This document shows, one piece after another, positions 25,621 to 38,289 of a stretch of DNA of 64,000 bases. Below the pieces are notes generated by a model. It was not told the DNA's origin. It was given only the letters and a program-made list of their open reading frames with translations, and searched no databases. How positions within the stretch are numbered: the first letter of the stretch is position 1; the number at the start of each line of letters is the position of its first letter. The DNA comes from Lama guanicoe. Taxonomy: Eukaryota. The position numbers were made by a program, and so were the translations under genes. The stretch lies in the NCBI GenBank assembly GCA_013239625.1, contig MU053873.1, forward strand, positions 2,618,524 through 2,682,523, written 5' to 3'.

Positions 25621-26759
25621 AGTTTGGAGTTATATTACATGTGGCTTTTTACATCCTTATCAGAAACAGCTTTTCATATCATGACTGTTACTTGCAAACA
25701 TCATTTTAGTAGTTGCAGAATATTCTATAGCTTAGACACATTTCACTAATCCATCCTTTATTATTGTATATACAAGTCAACATGTATTTTAATAGAGATG
25801 TGACAATACTTTGTTTAATATTGCACTCTGTTTTTTTTTCACTTAAGCTGTTTTTCATGTTGTTATGAATTCTGTGACTATCATCTTAATAAACGACTCA
25901 ACCTCTAACAAGTATTTTTGAGGATTAATCTGTGCCAAGCACTGTGCTAAATTCTGGAGATGTAAAAATTAGAATCCAATAACCATTAGAATCTTTTAGG
26001 GTGCCTGTCCTTATGAACCATACCTTTCATTAAATTGAATATATATACTAATCAAATTAGCCATTCCGTTACTGGAGATTTGGAGGGATTAATGTTTCTC
26101 ATATTTGTGCAGAACACTGCCTTGAAAATTTTTGTACATAAACTATTATCTCTATTCTGAAGGATTTCCTTCTTATAAATGCCCCAGAATGCAAGGAATG
26201 GGTCTAAGGGTATTAATATCTTCAAAGTTCTCAATGAGAAATCTAGTTTCTACTTAAATGAAGTTTTAGGAGTGAAATTGATTTGTGACCTAAAGTAAAC
26301 ACACACAAAAAAAGTCACATAAAATTAGACCCTCTGTTTTAATTAATTAGAAACAGTGTTATTTTTAATGTCTTAAAGGTTGTCAGAAAGATGTGGTGAA
26401 AGAATAATATCTTATTCATGAACAGAGATGGACAGTTTTTTAAATTGCTCACTTTCATCATTTTATTTGTGGAAAAAAGAAAGAGAATTGGAATAAAGCT
26501 ATTAAGCATGTAGGCAGCATGAATACAGCAACCACTGGGTGCTTCAGAGGGCCACAGGAGATGCTGTGCGTATCAGTGTGACACAGGATGGTGCTGATGG
26601 GAGACTATTATCAAGGCTAAGCTGATGGTACCAGAAAGTCCCAGATCTCAGGGAGCTCACTATTTATTAAGTATCCACATATAGCAAATCTCTGATGGCC
26701 AAACTTTGGACTTCCCTTCACTCAAGAGATTAAAAATAACATTTCAGGCTTCCTTGGCA

Positions 26760-26912
26760 ACACATTAAACTTAGCTGGGGTGCTTTTTAAAATTACCAAT
26801 GGCTGGGCGCCTCCCTTAGAGGTTCCATATCTGTGGCTCTGGGTGGGGTCTGGGCACCAGTATTCGTAAAGCTTCCCCAGTAGATCTAACATACAGCCAG
26901 GGATGAAGACTC
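26760..26912. mobile_element. MER5-like hAT MITE
   Basis: ctggggtgctttttaaaa...ctgggtggggtctgggca...aagcttccccagtagatctaacatacagccaggg. Confidence 0.7.
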
Positions 26913-27877
26913 TCTCCGGGTGTAATCCTCCACAATGGGGGCTGGACACGCACCCCATTGATCTCTCCCCACTTTGGCATTCTAAAATTTCCCTAGCCCT
27001 CTGCTCGCAGGATAATGAGGCTAATGGCCAATCAAGCCTTAATGAGGATTGATTCGTTTATTAAGCTGCAATTACATGCCAGGTGCTTCCCGCTCCCCAA
27101 GCCCAGGAGACTCAAGGGCAAGCAGGATGTGGCCTGGGAACGGCTGGGGATGCAGGGACAGAGAGAAGGCAGAACATCATCAGGGGTTCACAGGGTGGAC
27201 TTGGGGTCCAAGCGCCAGGGGAACCCCAGTGGCAGAGCAAATACATACCAGTATTGAATGAGTCTGGGCAAACTCAAGTCTGAATCAGTTGGACGTGTGG
27301 GGGTCCCATCAGAGCATGGACAACGAGGTTCTGGTGGACAAAGGGCTGGAAGATGGGCTGGGCAGAGGGGAAGGGGCAGTCTGTTAGGGAAAAAAGCCCA
27401 ACCAGAAGCAGAGGGCACTCGGGAGAGAACCCACTCAGTTAGGCAAACTATCAGGGTCCTTCCTGAGACTCTAGTCTTCCAGAAGAGCCCCCTTCCCTGT
27501 AGTCCCATAGAAGAACTGGTGTGAAAATCAGCAAAATTGACGTGAACGTTCCTTAAGGAGAGGGGTTAAGGTTTGGGAAGGGATTTGACGGCCAACCACC
27601 CACTCCTCTTCTTCTGCAGGGAGTCCTTGCAATATACCCCAAAACAATATCCAAACAGGTAGCCAAATTCTTCTTACTGACAGCTGGACAGTCACCCAGT
27701 CCTCCTGCCCCTGGCCCAGTGAAAAGCTCAGCTAAAGGATGCAGCAGGGAGGTGGGAGCAGGCACTTCGTGAGCCAACAGGTCCTCTCTCCCCAAAATCA
27801 GGGCATATAGCTCATTCATCCTGAGACATTCAGGGCTCTGCATCCTGGAGGCACACTGTAAATATTTCCAGGCATGA

Positions 27878-28218
27878 GGAATGGGAACGGGATGGGTAGG
27901 GACAACGTGGAATGGGGTAGAAAAAGGAGTGAAGTGGAGAGAGTTGTGTGAACAGAATAAAATGACGCGCAGCCGAGTGGAGTGGGATGACAGAGTGCAA
28001 CAAGGGACAGGGTGTAACAGGGTAGGACAGGATGGAGAGGACGGAATAGAATGGGAGGCATTAGAATGGGAGGGACTAAAGTGGAATGGACTGGAATGGG
28101 ATGGGATGAGATGGAGGGGTGGGTGGAATGGGACGGAATGAGGTAGAATCAGATAGTACAGGAAGAGACGGGATAAACGGAATGGAACAGAAAGGGGTGG
28201 AATAGAATAGGCTAGAAG
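27878..28218 (+). repeat. Degenerate pentameric (GGAAT/GGGAT)n-like simple repeat
   Basis: 5-bp periodic ggaat/gggat/agaat/ggagt units. Confidence 0.85.
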
Positions 28219-30415
28219 GAGATGCCAGCAGGACAGAAGACAGAGCTGAGGGCATCTAGACCTGTGTCCACTCACAGGGGAACCCTGAGCAAGCCCCTTT
28301 CCCTTTGTGGCCTTAATTTCCCCAGCTGTGTGTTGGGACTAAATTATACCCAAGGGCTCACCAGCTCTGAAGACGCTCTAGTCTTTACAGCAACCACGTA
28401 GTCATAATTCAAAGAATATTTGCTGAGTGTCCATCCTTTGCCAGGCCCCGGCTAGATACTCACAGCCGAGTCAGGGAGCCAGACCACCCCCACCCAGAAA
28501 AACGCACACTGCTCACACTGAGAACTGCTCTGGGGTGATCTCATGGATCTGGTGACTTTAACTTCTCTCCAGGTTCTGATAGGCACTTGATTGATGCTCT
28601 GCTTTCTAAATAACCTTTCTCATAAAGAAGAGAGAATCCATGGGGAGGGTACAGTCTTTCCTCCTTCACTCACCCTTCCCATGCTCCAACCACTGCCCTC
28701 CATCCGTCACTGGTGGAAAAGGAAGGAAGCTTTGAGAGTGACCATTGCCATAAAAGGTCTGGCTTGGTGGGGACAGATGTTGAATGACGTCTCTCTCTCC
28801 TTTTCTCAAGAAGACTTTCGAGATCCAACCCTCGGAATGACATGAGCTTTGAGTCACGCGCACCATCATTATTCTCACTCCTTCCCACTCCCCCTGTCCC
28901 CGGCACTCCAAACAGGCTGTCCTCACTGGACAGACGGATTTGTGGATGGATGATCTTATTAATTCTTTGGTAGGTCAGACTAGATCACCTTCCACTCCCA
29001 TCTGCGAGCCAGCCCAGACATTTCAAAATTCTATAAGTCCAGCATCGTGCCCCAGAGAGAGGAAGGAAAAACAAAAAAACAACAACAACAACAAAAAAAA
29101 AACAACCTCCCAGGCCCTGAACCATCAGCCACTTTTCAAAGAAAGTCAAGACTCTGTCACATTTTTTTCTTCCCTCCCAAAATTAAAATGTGCCTCTAGT
29201 ATAACTTGTTATCAAAAATAGAAGCATTTTATCTATCTTTATTGCAGAACAGAGATTACATGGAGACATTCAATTTGGAGTCAATTTAAATTTCAATTGT
29301 CTGTGAAATCTAAATCAATAGGGTATAGTTCAATGACGCTTTAATAAAACAGGACATAACAGAGAAATCATTAGGAATTACATATGATAAGAGATTGGAG
29401 CAAAGCCTCTGTAATGGTGGAAGGGACACTAGAAAATTACCCCCAAGCATTCGCAAGTAAACCAACTGCTTCCTTCCCCCATGAGATGCCTGAGAAAGCT
29501 TAATTGTGCTGTGAGCCCTGGGAATCCATCTCTGTCAAGCCAGTGATTGGGGGACAATTTACAGTGAGTGACAAAGGCAGGGGGTTTGTCTCGACTAGAA
29601 TATGCTGATCAAGTTTCTCCATCCGGATGCCTTGAACATGTGTTACGCCCTCTTCAATTCCCGACCTTTCTCTCTTGTCTCCCCACCACTGGCCATCTTT
29701 CCCCTGAGATCTGTCCTTCAGGGGACCCCTAGAAGGGTCCACCTTGGGATAGGATGCTCAGAGGCAGGGAGGAGGGGAGACAGCTGGACACAGTGGATGA
29801 CAGACCAGGCTTTGGGGAAAGATAACTGAGGAAGGAATCCCAGCCCCTCTCCTGCGTCTTGAGCAAGTTGAAACAACCCCAAAGAAAAAGCCCCCTCCCA
29901 AGAGCTTACATTTTCTTCCTCCCTCAGTGCTAAACTTACCCAGATTTCTGAAATTTCTCAGGCAGAAGAGCCCTTGCCGTTCGTCTGCACTTGACTCACC
30001 CGTGACCTGGAGGATGAAACTAGCGAGGGCGGGCCGTTCACAGCAGCAGCGAACGTTCGCTGAGCCGTCTCACCCTGTGCCACGCGCTGAGCCTGCTGAC
30101 TGAAGAGCATCATCTCAGCTGATCCTCATACAATCTGTGAGGTGGGGCTGCTGCTGATCCCAGGATCCTGGAGGAAATTTAGGCCCAGAGTGGTGGAGCC
30201 ACCTCAACCCGCAGGGAAGCCCAGAGTCCCACAGCTGAAGGCAGAAGAGCTGAGGGGTCAAGCCCAGGCCTGACTGGCTTCAAAACAGGCAGTGAGCTGC
30301 CTGTTGCTGAAGGTATCCAAGAGTCTGGGTAATCACATAGCAAGAAGGCAGTGGAGGGAATTCAGGGAAGGGGAAACACCAGGATCAAAGCCATATGAAG
30401 AGGCTCCCTCTACCA

Positions 30416-30630
30416 CAGATTTTCTCAGCCTCAGTACTAGTGACATTTTGGACTGGATAATTCTTTGGGGGACAGGGGAGGGGGCTGTCCTGTGCACTGG
30501 CCTCTGCTCTCCAGATGCCAGTAGCAAACTGCTAGCTGTGGCAACCCAAAATGTCTCCCGACAGTGCCACGTCCCCCTCCCCTGGGGGGAAGGGGGCAGG
30601 AACAAAACCTCCCTAGTTTGAGAAACTCTG
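30416..30630 (+). mobile_element. MER20 hAT-Charlie MITE
   Basis: ttctcagcctcagtactagtgacattttggactggataattctttg...agatgccagtagca...aacccaaaatgtctcc...ttgagaaactctg. Confidence 0.88.
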
Positions 30631-30831
30631 CAAAAATTTCTGGAAAAGTCAGGAGACATTCATGAAGACCAGCGCTGACAAGGAAGTGCAGTCTTACACC
30701 CTGGCCATGCCTTCCTAGGAGACAGCCGTGCACTGCAGCAGCCCTTATATCACGGCAGAAATGCTGTATATCTGGTCCCACTGTCAGCATCCCAGAGTGG
30801 CAGAAGGATTATCTGACTGTGTGTAGAAAAT

Positions 30832-30930
30832 AGAGAGAGATAGAGAAGGAGAGAGGGAGGGAGGAAGGGAGGGAGGGAGGAAGGAAGGAAGGAAGGAAGG
30901 AAGGAAGGAAGGAAGGAAGGAAGGGGAGAG
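30832..30930 (+). repeat. Polypurine tract including perfect (GGAA)11 at 30879-30922
   Basis: Seen directly. Confidence 0.95.
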
Positions 30931-31129
30931 ATCTGAATATAGGCATTTGACCTAAATGCAATAAATTTGTGCCGTTGGTACTACCAGCCCCCAGCCCAAG
31001 TCTGAGCTGCTACAATAGGACGTCAGTAAGGCTGGACGTATTGAAGAATCTGAGTGCAACAGAGCTGGAAGGATCCTTAAAAAGTTGCATTCAGGAAGCT
31101 AATCCTGGGCTGTGTGTTGCAGGGTCAAG

Positions 31130-31600
31130 GGTGTTGGCCACAGGCATCTTCCTTTGCACTGCTCCCATTCCCCTCCACCTTTTCCCCCTGATTCTTCTAC
31201 CCCATAGGCCACCACGTGTGGACTGCAATGGACCGTCTTGTTTTCTGCCTTCTGGTTGGGCTCTGCCAATGGGAGGTCCAGAAGGAAATGAGAGAGGGTG
31301 GGGATGGAGGTCAGGGTACCATCTCTCCAGCTCCTGCCTGCCAGGGTCTCTGAGTGGTGGCTGTATCCCTCACTAAAGGTCTCAGCCCTTGCCCAGAGAC
31401 CACATAACCCTCCCCAGTCACATCTTGTTTAGGAGTGATGATGGTCCCCTCTGTTACTAGATCCCAAAGCCTGCACTGTCCCGTGTGGTTTCCCTATGCC
31501 CTGCCCACACCTTTGTAAGCAGTTCCTTTATTAAACTCTTTACGAATTATCCCAGTGTGTATGTGCCGTGCGTTTCCTGCTGGGACCCTGACTGATGAAC
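31130..31600 (+). mobile_element. ERVL LTR (LTR33-like)
   Basis: 3' end cctgcccacacctttgtaagcagttcctttattaaactc...tttcctgctgggaccctgactgat. Confidence 0.75.
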
Positions 31601-32101
31601 CACATGATTCTTTACTCAAACAAAATCTCATGTAAAAACACAATAGACAAAACAGACCAAGGCAGGGCTCCTCCAGCCATTCAGCATGCATTTGTCTGGT
31701 GTCTGTCCTCTGCTGGACACCGTGTGCTGGGGGCTGAAGAAACCCCGGGGAGGGAGGGAAGCAGGGGTCCTGCCTGCTGGAGTGTAGAGTCTCACAGGAG
31801 GCAGAGGTGGGAATTGTAACCGGAGCTCCTTGTCCCCCAATGCTGTCCATGTAAACACCTGCCATCTGATTCTATCCATCCCATTCCCATTTTTCAGATG
31901 GGAAAACTGAGGCCAAGAGAGGGAAAGGGACTTGCCCAATATTTAAGACAGTCCAGGCTTCTGGAAGTCGATTCTACAACTGGAATCCAGCCTTCTTCAT
32001 TTCTAGTCATGGCTGGTGTTTAGTGAGCTGTTACTAAGTGCTGGACCCTCGGCTACGTAATCCCAGCATTTAATCTCCTAACAACAGTCGCTGGTGGGAA
32101 C

Positions 32102-32310
32102 GGCTGGCATTGTTTCATTCTTTTTTAAGGCTGAGTAGCATTCCACTGTATAAATATACCACAATTTCTTTATCCAGTCATCTGCTGATGAGCATTTAGA
32201 TTGCTTCCAAGTCTTGCCTATTGTAAACAGTGCTGCTATGAATAATGGGGTGCATGTATCTTTTCAAGCAAAAGTTTTCTCTGGGTATATGCCTGGGGTG
32301 GGATTGTAGG
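32102..32310 (-). mobile_element. L1 ORF2 3' fragment
   Basis: ggctgagtagcattccactgta...tttatccagtcatctgctgatgagcatttagattgcttcca...ggggtgcatgtatcttttc. Confidence 0.88.
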
Positions 32311-32799
32311 AGGGAAGAGGAACCACCTCTTGAAAGCACATGCACTTGAGCCAGTGTCTAGGTATGAATGCTGGCTCTGCCACTTGCTAGCTGTGTGACC
32401 TTGGGCAAGTTGCTTAGCCTCTCTGTGCCACAATTTGTCATCTGTGAAACATTGTCATAGAGTGGCTAGGAGATTCTAAGTGTGTCAGTGTTTGTATTTA
32501 GAACACTACCTCGGATATCATGAATATTCTTCACATGTTTCACATTTTTTAAATACATAAAGGAAGAAAGGAACAAAAAGATAAACCAACTTATTTCACA
32601 GGTGGGGAAACTGAGGCCAGGATAGGAAGGACTTGCCACATCTGAGTTATTATCAGAGCTGTTGGGCTCTTTCCAAAGATGGCACAGGGTGAGGCTGGCA
32701 CCAGAGAATCCGGTCCCAGCCTGTTGTGATGACTCAGATGCAGAGACGCACAGTGGAGGTGGCAGGAGACCCATGAGCAAACACACAGTGTGACCCAGG

Positions 32800-33460
32800 G
32801 ACCCACCGAGACTTCTCCGTGGGAGCCGCTCCCCCACCCCCGTCCCTGCCCTCACACGCCCCGAACGTGCCGCTCCAAGACACGGGCCAGATGGATTCCA
32901 GAGAGTTCTAAACGTGCCCCTCTCCATCTCGCCATTTAAGAATTACTAGGGATCTCCAGGCTGTACGCGGAGGAACAAGAAATACTACCAGGCCTGGGCG
33001 GAAACCTAATGAGAAACCGAACATGGCCAGACAGAAGCTTAGCAAGAAATACTGACCCGGGCTCCCAAGAAGAACTGCGGGCCCCGGAGATCGGGCGGGC
33101 GGGCTGCCATCTCCCCCCACGGATCGATCGCGCGCAAGGCTGCCGACCGCGGGGAAGTAGATAAACGGGAAGATATACGACAGGAGGGACCCAGGGCTGA
33201 TGAAAGGGGAAGAGAAGGCAGCTTAAATCAAGGGGCAAGTGCTGCGAGAGAGAGGAGATAACACGATTTGTGCTTATGGTTAGCAGGGAGAATCGGTCGA
33301 GGAGCGGGCGCCACGAGGCAGGGGAGCACTCGGGGAGGACGGCGGGGAGGGGCCGGGGGGAGTGCGCGGTGCTCCCGGGGAATCATGGGTGCTCTGGGAG
33401 GCGAGCCGGAAACAAGTGACTAAACCGGCAAAATCGCTCCTGGCCCGTTTGGTTGTGGCC
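32800..33460. promoter_or_regulatory. Orphan CpG island
   Basis: Dense CpG (gatcgatcgcgcgc, ggcgggcggg GC boxes, gccggaaac) against a CpG-poor background. Confidence 0.75.
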
Positions 33461-35509
33461 CCAACTGCCTTTTAACCTCTGCCCTTTTTTTCCCAGCTTT
33501 CCTGGGCCTCCCTGAGGGCGCTAAAAACTGCCCACAGTTGCCACCTCCTCCCACAGTGGGCACCATCAGGACAGAATTCAAAGCCCACGTCGGGGTGATG
33601 TGGACAACAGTGAACGCTTACAGGGAACGTCCTTGGTGCCTGTGGCTGAGCTCGGAGACTCCTATGTCTTATTCCAGCAGACAGTCACTCAGGACTGAGG
33701 CACCAGGGTTGTTCCCATTGTACAGAGGAAGAAACTGAGGCTCATGGAAACTAAGGAACTGCCTCCAACATGGTAGAGTGGCTCTGGATCTCCAGACTAG
33801 GCAAGTCTGGCTCCAGAGCCCACCTGCTTAGAATCCCAACCGTGATTCTAAATGGACTGGATTGCCATCCACAGTAGCTGGGGGATGAGCTCAGAGGGAC
33901 ATTTCTGCACACAGCTCCTCAGAGGAAGGCTCACAGGGTGGAGCCCCGCTGCCCAGTGAGATAACCAGTGCCCTACAGTGGGCCCTCCCGCATGCTTCCT
34001 GCACTTCCTTCCAACTAAACCTCAGAACCCAGACCCTTGTCTCAGGCTCTGCTTTGGGGGGGGCGGGGACCAGACTGAGACAGGACTCCATCTACCTTAA
34101 ATACAAGAAAATGTAAGAATCAGGACTGCCTAAGCCAAGCCAAGTCTGGGGGACTATATGAGGAAGGCGATTCCTCTCATGTTCTCCAAATGTGTTCTCC
34201 AGCCCAGAAAATAAGAACCCTGGCTGTCACCTTTTCTCGCCTCAGAGAAGTGCTGGGGGAAAGGCTTCCATCTTTCTTTTCACTCTTGACTTTTTGCCGA
34301 ACCTGCCGATGCATGCAAGCTCGTTATTCAGTGCAATGTGGAGGCTCATGTGAATGTTTAGAACTATTAACAACTTGTCTTGAAAGTACACTGAGAGCAA
34401 AACGGTCTTGAAAAACTCTTAAGACTTAGAAATGGTTGCCACATCTTGTAAAAACAACTTCCCAAGAGAATCATGGCTCACCTGATATCAGGCTGCCCTG
34501 GGAATGATGCTGCAGTGGGCATCTCTGTGTTCCCAACAGAACAAACCAGAGGCAGGTCATTGGCACTTTTCTCCCTCAAGATTGATGGAGGGGAAGGCTT
34601 ATAACTTTCACAGATTCTTCACTTTCAGCAAACAGACTAGGGAGTCTAGTTCTGTTTTAAAAAATGATTTTGAGTTGATGATTAGGGAAGGTGATCTCTG
34701 TAGAGGTGGCAAAATGCAGAAAACCTGAGACCCAAGGTTAAGAAGTCCAGCCATTAAGAGCAGGAAGGACAGCATTCCAGGCAGAGGGGACAGCACCTGC
34801 AAAGGCCCTGGGGCAGAAGCAAGCTTGGTGTAGTTGGGAGACCCAATGGAGTCAGTGGAACTGGAACAGAGAAGTGAGCAGAATGTACCCTCCGCTCAAG
34901 AGTTTGTGGAGTGTGTATTTTAGTCTCTAATGATGAGAGCCAATAAAAGGCTTCAAGCAGGGGAATGAGCTTTCAAAAAGCAGACCCAGAGACTGGCATG
35001 GGTGGAAGATCAGAATGCAAGATGGGTCAGTAGTGGTGCTGACATTTCATTCTGCTGTTCACTGGATGCATAACTGCAAAGCTTTGACCCCATCAGCTGG
35101 TGGTAGCTTAGCACAGACGAATTTGATTTTAAACTTCTCATAAAATCACTTGCATGCTACAAACAATCTGATTCCCCTGGTCCAACAGAATCAAAAAGAA
35201 AATAATTTATAAAGAAAAAAAATTACCTGTTCACACCTGAGAGACTTAGAGTTCAGAACTAGACTTCTTCTTGCCCTGAGCCCAAGGGGCATGCTGTCTG
35301 CTGCCTTCACAGAGTGAGAAAAAAAAAAAAAGGTGATCAGAGTTGGCTCTCCACAGGGGAACATCACTCTTTGCTGAAACTGTCAAAGAAATCACACATA
35401 TTTGGCAACTGCAATGCTGTCTGGGTAATGCCTGACACTCTGGGGGCCTGTATTCTCTCACCCTTCAAAGTCCAGTTTGCACTTACACATCCAGCTCACC
35501 CACACATGC

Positions 35510-36200
35510 CCAGCTGAATGGATAACATGAAAAAGACCAAGGACATCAAGTGTTGGCAGGGATGTGGAGGAACTGGAGTGCTCATTTATGGGTGAGAGTA
35601 CAAAATGGCATAGTCACTTTGGAAACCATGGAGCAGTTTCTTTAAAAAAGTTAAACATATGCTTGTTGTGTGACCAATTAATCCTGCTCGAAGGAATTTA
35701 CCTAAAAGAAAACATAGACTCTCAAAAAGTCTGGTGCAAGAACATTCGTAGCAGCTTTGTTCATGATAGGCAAAACCCAGAAATAACTCAGATGTCCATC
35801 AACAGGAGGAAAACAAACACACTGTGGTATATTCATATTCTACTGCAATAGAAAAGAAATGAGCTATTGACACTTGCAACAGTATGGATATATCTCCAAA
35901 GCATTCTGCTGAGTGAGGGAAGCCAGACGGAAAAGGCCACTTACTGTAAAAATTCCATTTACAAGTGCTAGAATAGAAAAAACTATGGTGATTGAAATCA
36001 GATCCAGAGTTGCTTCTGAGGATGGAGGGATTTCCTGGGAAGGGTACAAGGGAATTTTCCTGGCATGGTGGACATGCTCTCTCTCTTAACAGGGACATGG
36101 GTTACATAACAGTAAGCCTATATCAAATTGACCTAATTGTATATTTAAAGATCAAGCATTTCACTGAATGTAAACTATATCTTACATTTTAAAGATGTAA
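35510..36200 (+). mobile_element. Old L1 (L1M) ORF2 end and 3' UTR
   Basis: aagtgttggcagggatgtggaggaactgga...atgtccatcaacaggag...cactgtggtatattcata. Confidence 0.85.
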
Positions 36201-36259
36201 AAAGAAACAAAATTCACTTACTTTTGGCTATCTTCTCTACCCTCTCCAGACTAGATTCG

Positions 36260-36660
36260 GGGCTCATCTTAGCCTGGAAGCTCCCAGAAGCAGACCTAGA
36301 GATGAATATTTGCATGCAGGTAATTTATTTGGTAAGAGAGAAGGGACGTCAGCCAGTAAAGGATGTGTTATCAAGCAGGTAATCACCGTGGGCAATAAGG
36401 CTCAGTCCTGTCACCCAAAGAACACACTGTCACCCAGAGGGGAGGGAGCTGGGGTATTTATACACCAACTTCTATTAGTCATTGTTTGAGGCATAATTCA
36501 TTAGCCTTTTTAACTGACCAGAGTGTGGGCAGAGCAGGTCCAATGGCCAGAGGGAGCCCTCCTAGGGAAATATATGCAGAAATGTGGGTGTCAGGCTGGC
36601 ATGCACTGAAATGATGTGGGATGGGGTAATATTGGCAGGGCCCCAAAAGCATCCACTGCA
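36260..36660 (-). mobile_element. ERVL LTR (LTR16-like) remnant
   Basis: cccagaagcagacctagagatga...aatttatttgg...gagggagctggggtatttatacaccaact. Confidence 0.65.
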
Positions 36661-37279
36661 GGCCTCGTCTTGGTTGCTCCCATAGCCTCTTGCATGCATG
36701 TTTATCCTATAGGGATAGAGTGATTAAAGGCTCAGGTGGTGGAATGAGGCTGACTTGACCTCAAATTCCAGCTCTGTCCCTTTCTTCATCACAACCTGAG
36801 CAAATGGTTCTTCTTCTACAAAACAGGAGTCCTGCCTTGTTGGGTAATTCAAGGAGTTTATCCCTGTTCTGTGATTGCCACAGCACCTGGCACATCACAG
36901 GAACTCCACAAACACTAACAGCAATGAACAGTATTATTACTATGTCATTCATTCTATTTGCCCAAAAATAAAGTCCAAATTAACATTTTTTCCATTAGGA
37001 TTTTTTCCCTTTCGATTATTTTTAAGATTTAACTGTTGAAAGAGAATACATTTACATAGTTCAAAATCCAAAAGGTATTAAAGGATAAGCTGTGAAAAGT
37101 TTCCCTCCTTTCACACCCAGTGGCCCTCCTCACAAGGGACCAAGATAATCAGCATGTTTGTGTGTTTTTCCAAAGATATTTTCATACAGCATTCTAATAT
37201 ATTTTGGGCTTGCTTCTATTTTTCTATGGTGGAATCCAGTACTTCCTGGTATTTGATTTGGCATAAATAACATATGCAT

Positions 37280-37610
37280 TTTTAACTTTCCATTTTGAAA
37301 TAACTTTAGATTTGTAGAAGAGCTGTGAAGATAATATAGAGTGTTCTGGTACATCCTTCACCCAACACCCCCCGATGTTAATATCCTACATGACCATAAT
37401 ACATTGATCAAAACTAAGAATCTGACATTGGGCCATGCTATTAACTATAGTACAGATTTTATTTGGGTTTCACAGTTTTTTCACTAAAGTGGATCCACCC
37501 CCAAGATAGCATGTTGCATTTAGTTGTCACGTCTCCCACGTCTCCTCCAATCTATGACAGTTTCTCAATATTCCCTTGTTACCATGATCTTAACGCTTTT
37601 GAAGGATCCT
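37280..37610 (-). mobile_element. L1MC-like 3' UTR fragment
   Basis: ttttgaaataactttagatttgtagaagagctg...ttaatatcctacatgacc...ttgcatttagttgtcacgtctcc. Confidence 0.8.
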
Positions 37611-38289
37611 ATGCAATTATTATAAATTTAATGAATCTATATGTCTTCTTATCCCTGAACGGCACCAGGACACCCCCAAATTCCACACTTAGAATTGCTA
37701 GTTCAGGGGAGGGGCATTGAGCACTTCATGGCTGTCACTGCCACCAGAAGGCTGGAAATTCAGACCTCCACCAGTGCTGTGTGACCGTGGACAAGTAGTG
37801 CTCCCTCTCTGGGCTTCAGACTCCCCTTCAGTACCATGAAAGAGTGAAATCATGTTTGCATCTCTGAAATTGTATGGCAAAGCAGTCTACACACTCTAAG
37901 CCCTCTTCGAGATCCCAATGTATGTTAGCATATTAAAGACTCTGAAAAGTCCTGCAGTAAAGACACCTGTTTTAATAGAGTTTAACCCAGCATTTCTCAG
38001 ATGTATTTGACTTCTACCTATTTATCTCCTGAGAAGATCCTTTGGGACATGGGGACTAGGTGATACATAAGACCTGTGAACGGAACTTAAATTTGTTGGC
38101 AGCCCAGGAGCAAGTACACTGCCCAGAAAAGGCTGATCATGAAACCAGAGCTGGGGAGAAAGCTTGGAAGGAGGGACACGAAGGGGAAGGCTGAGTGAGG
38201 TCATGGACACAGACTTCCCCTTGGCTTCTCAGCCCTTCTGAGCTGCCCAGACCCTGGGCATTGAAGGATCCACACAGAGACGTACGTGG

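Noticed and set aside
27553..28275. 240-aa minus-strand ORF
   Set aside because: Mostly the reverse of the degenerate GGAAT repeat (H/S/P/F-rich), with no domain-like content
30879..30922. (GGAA)11 as an ETS-fusion response element
   Set aside because: A common microsatellite; that function is specific to EWS-FLI1 tumours and nothing here supports it
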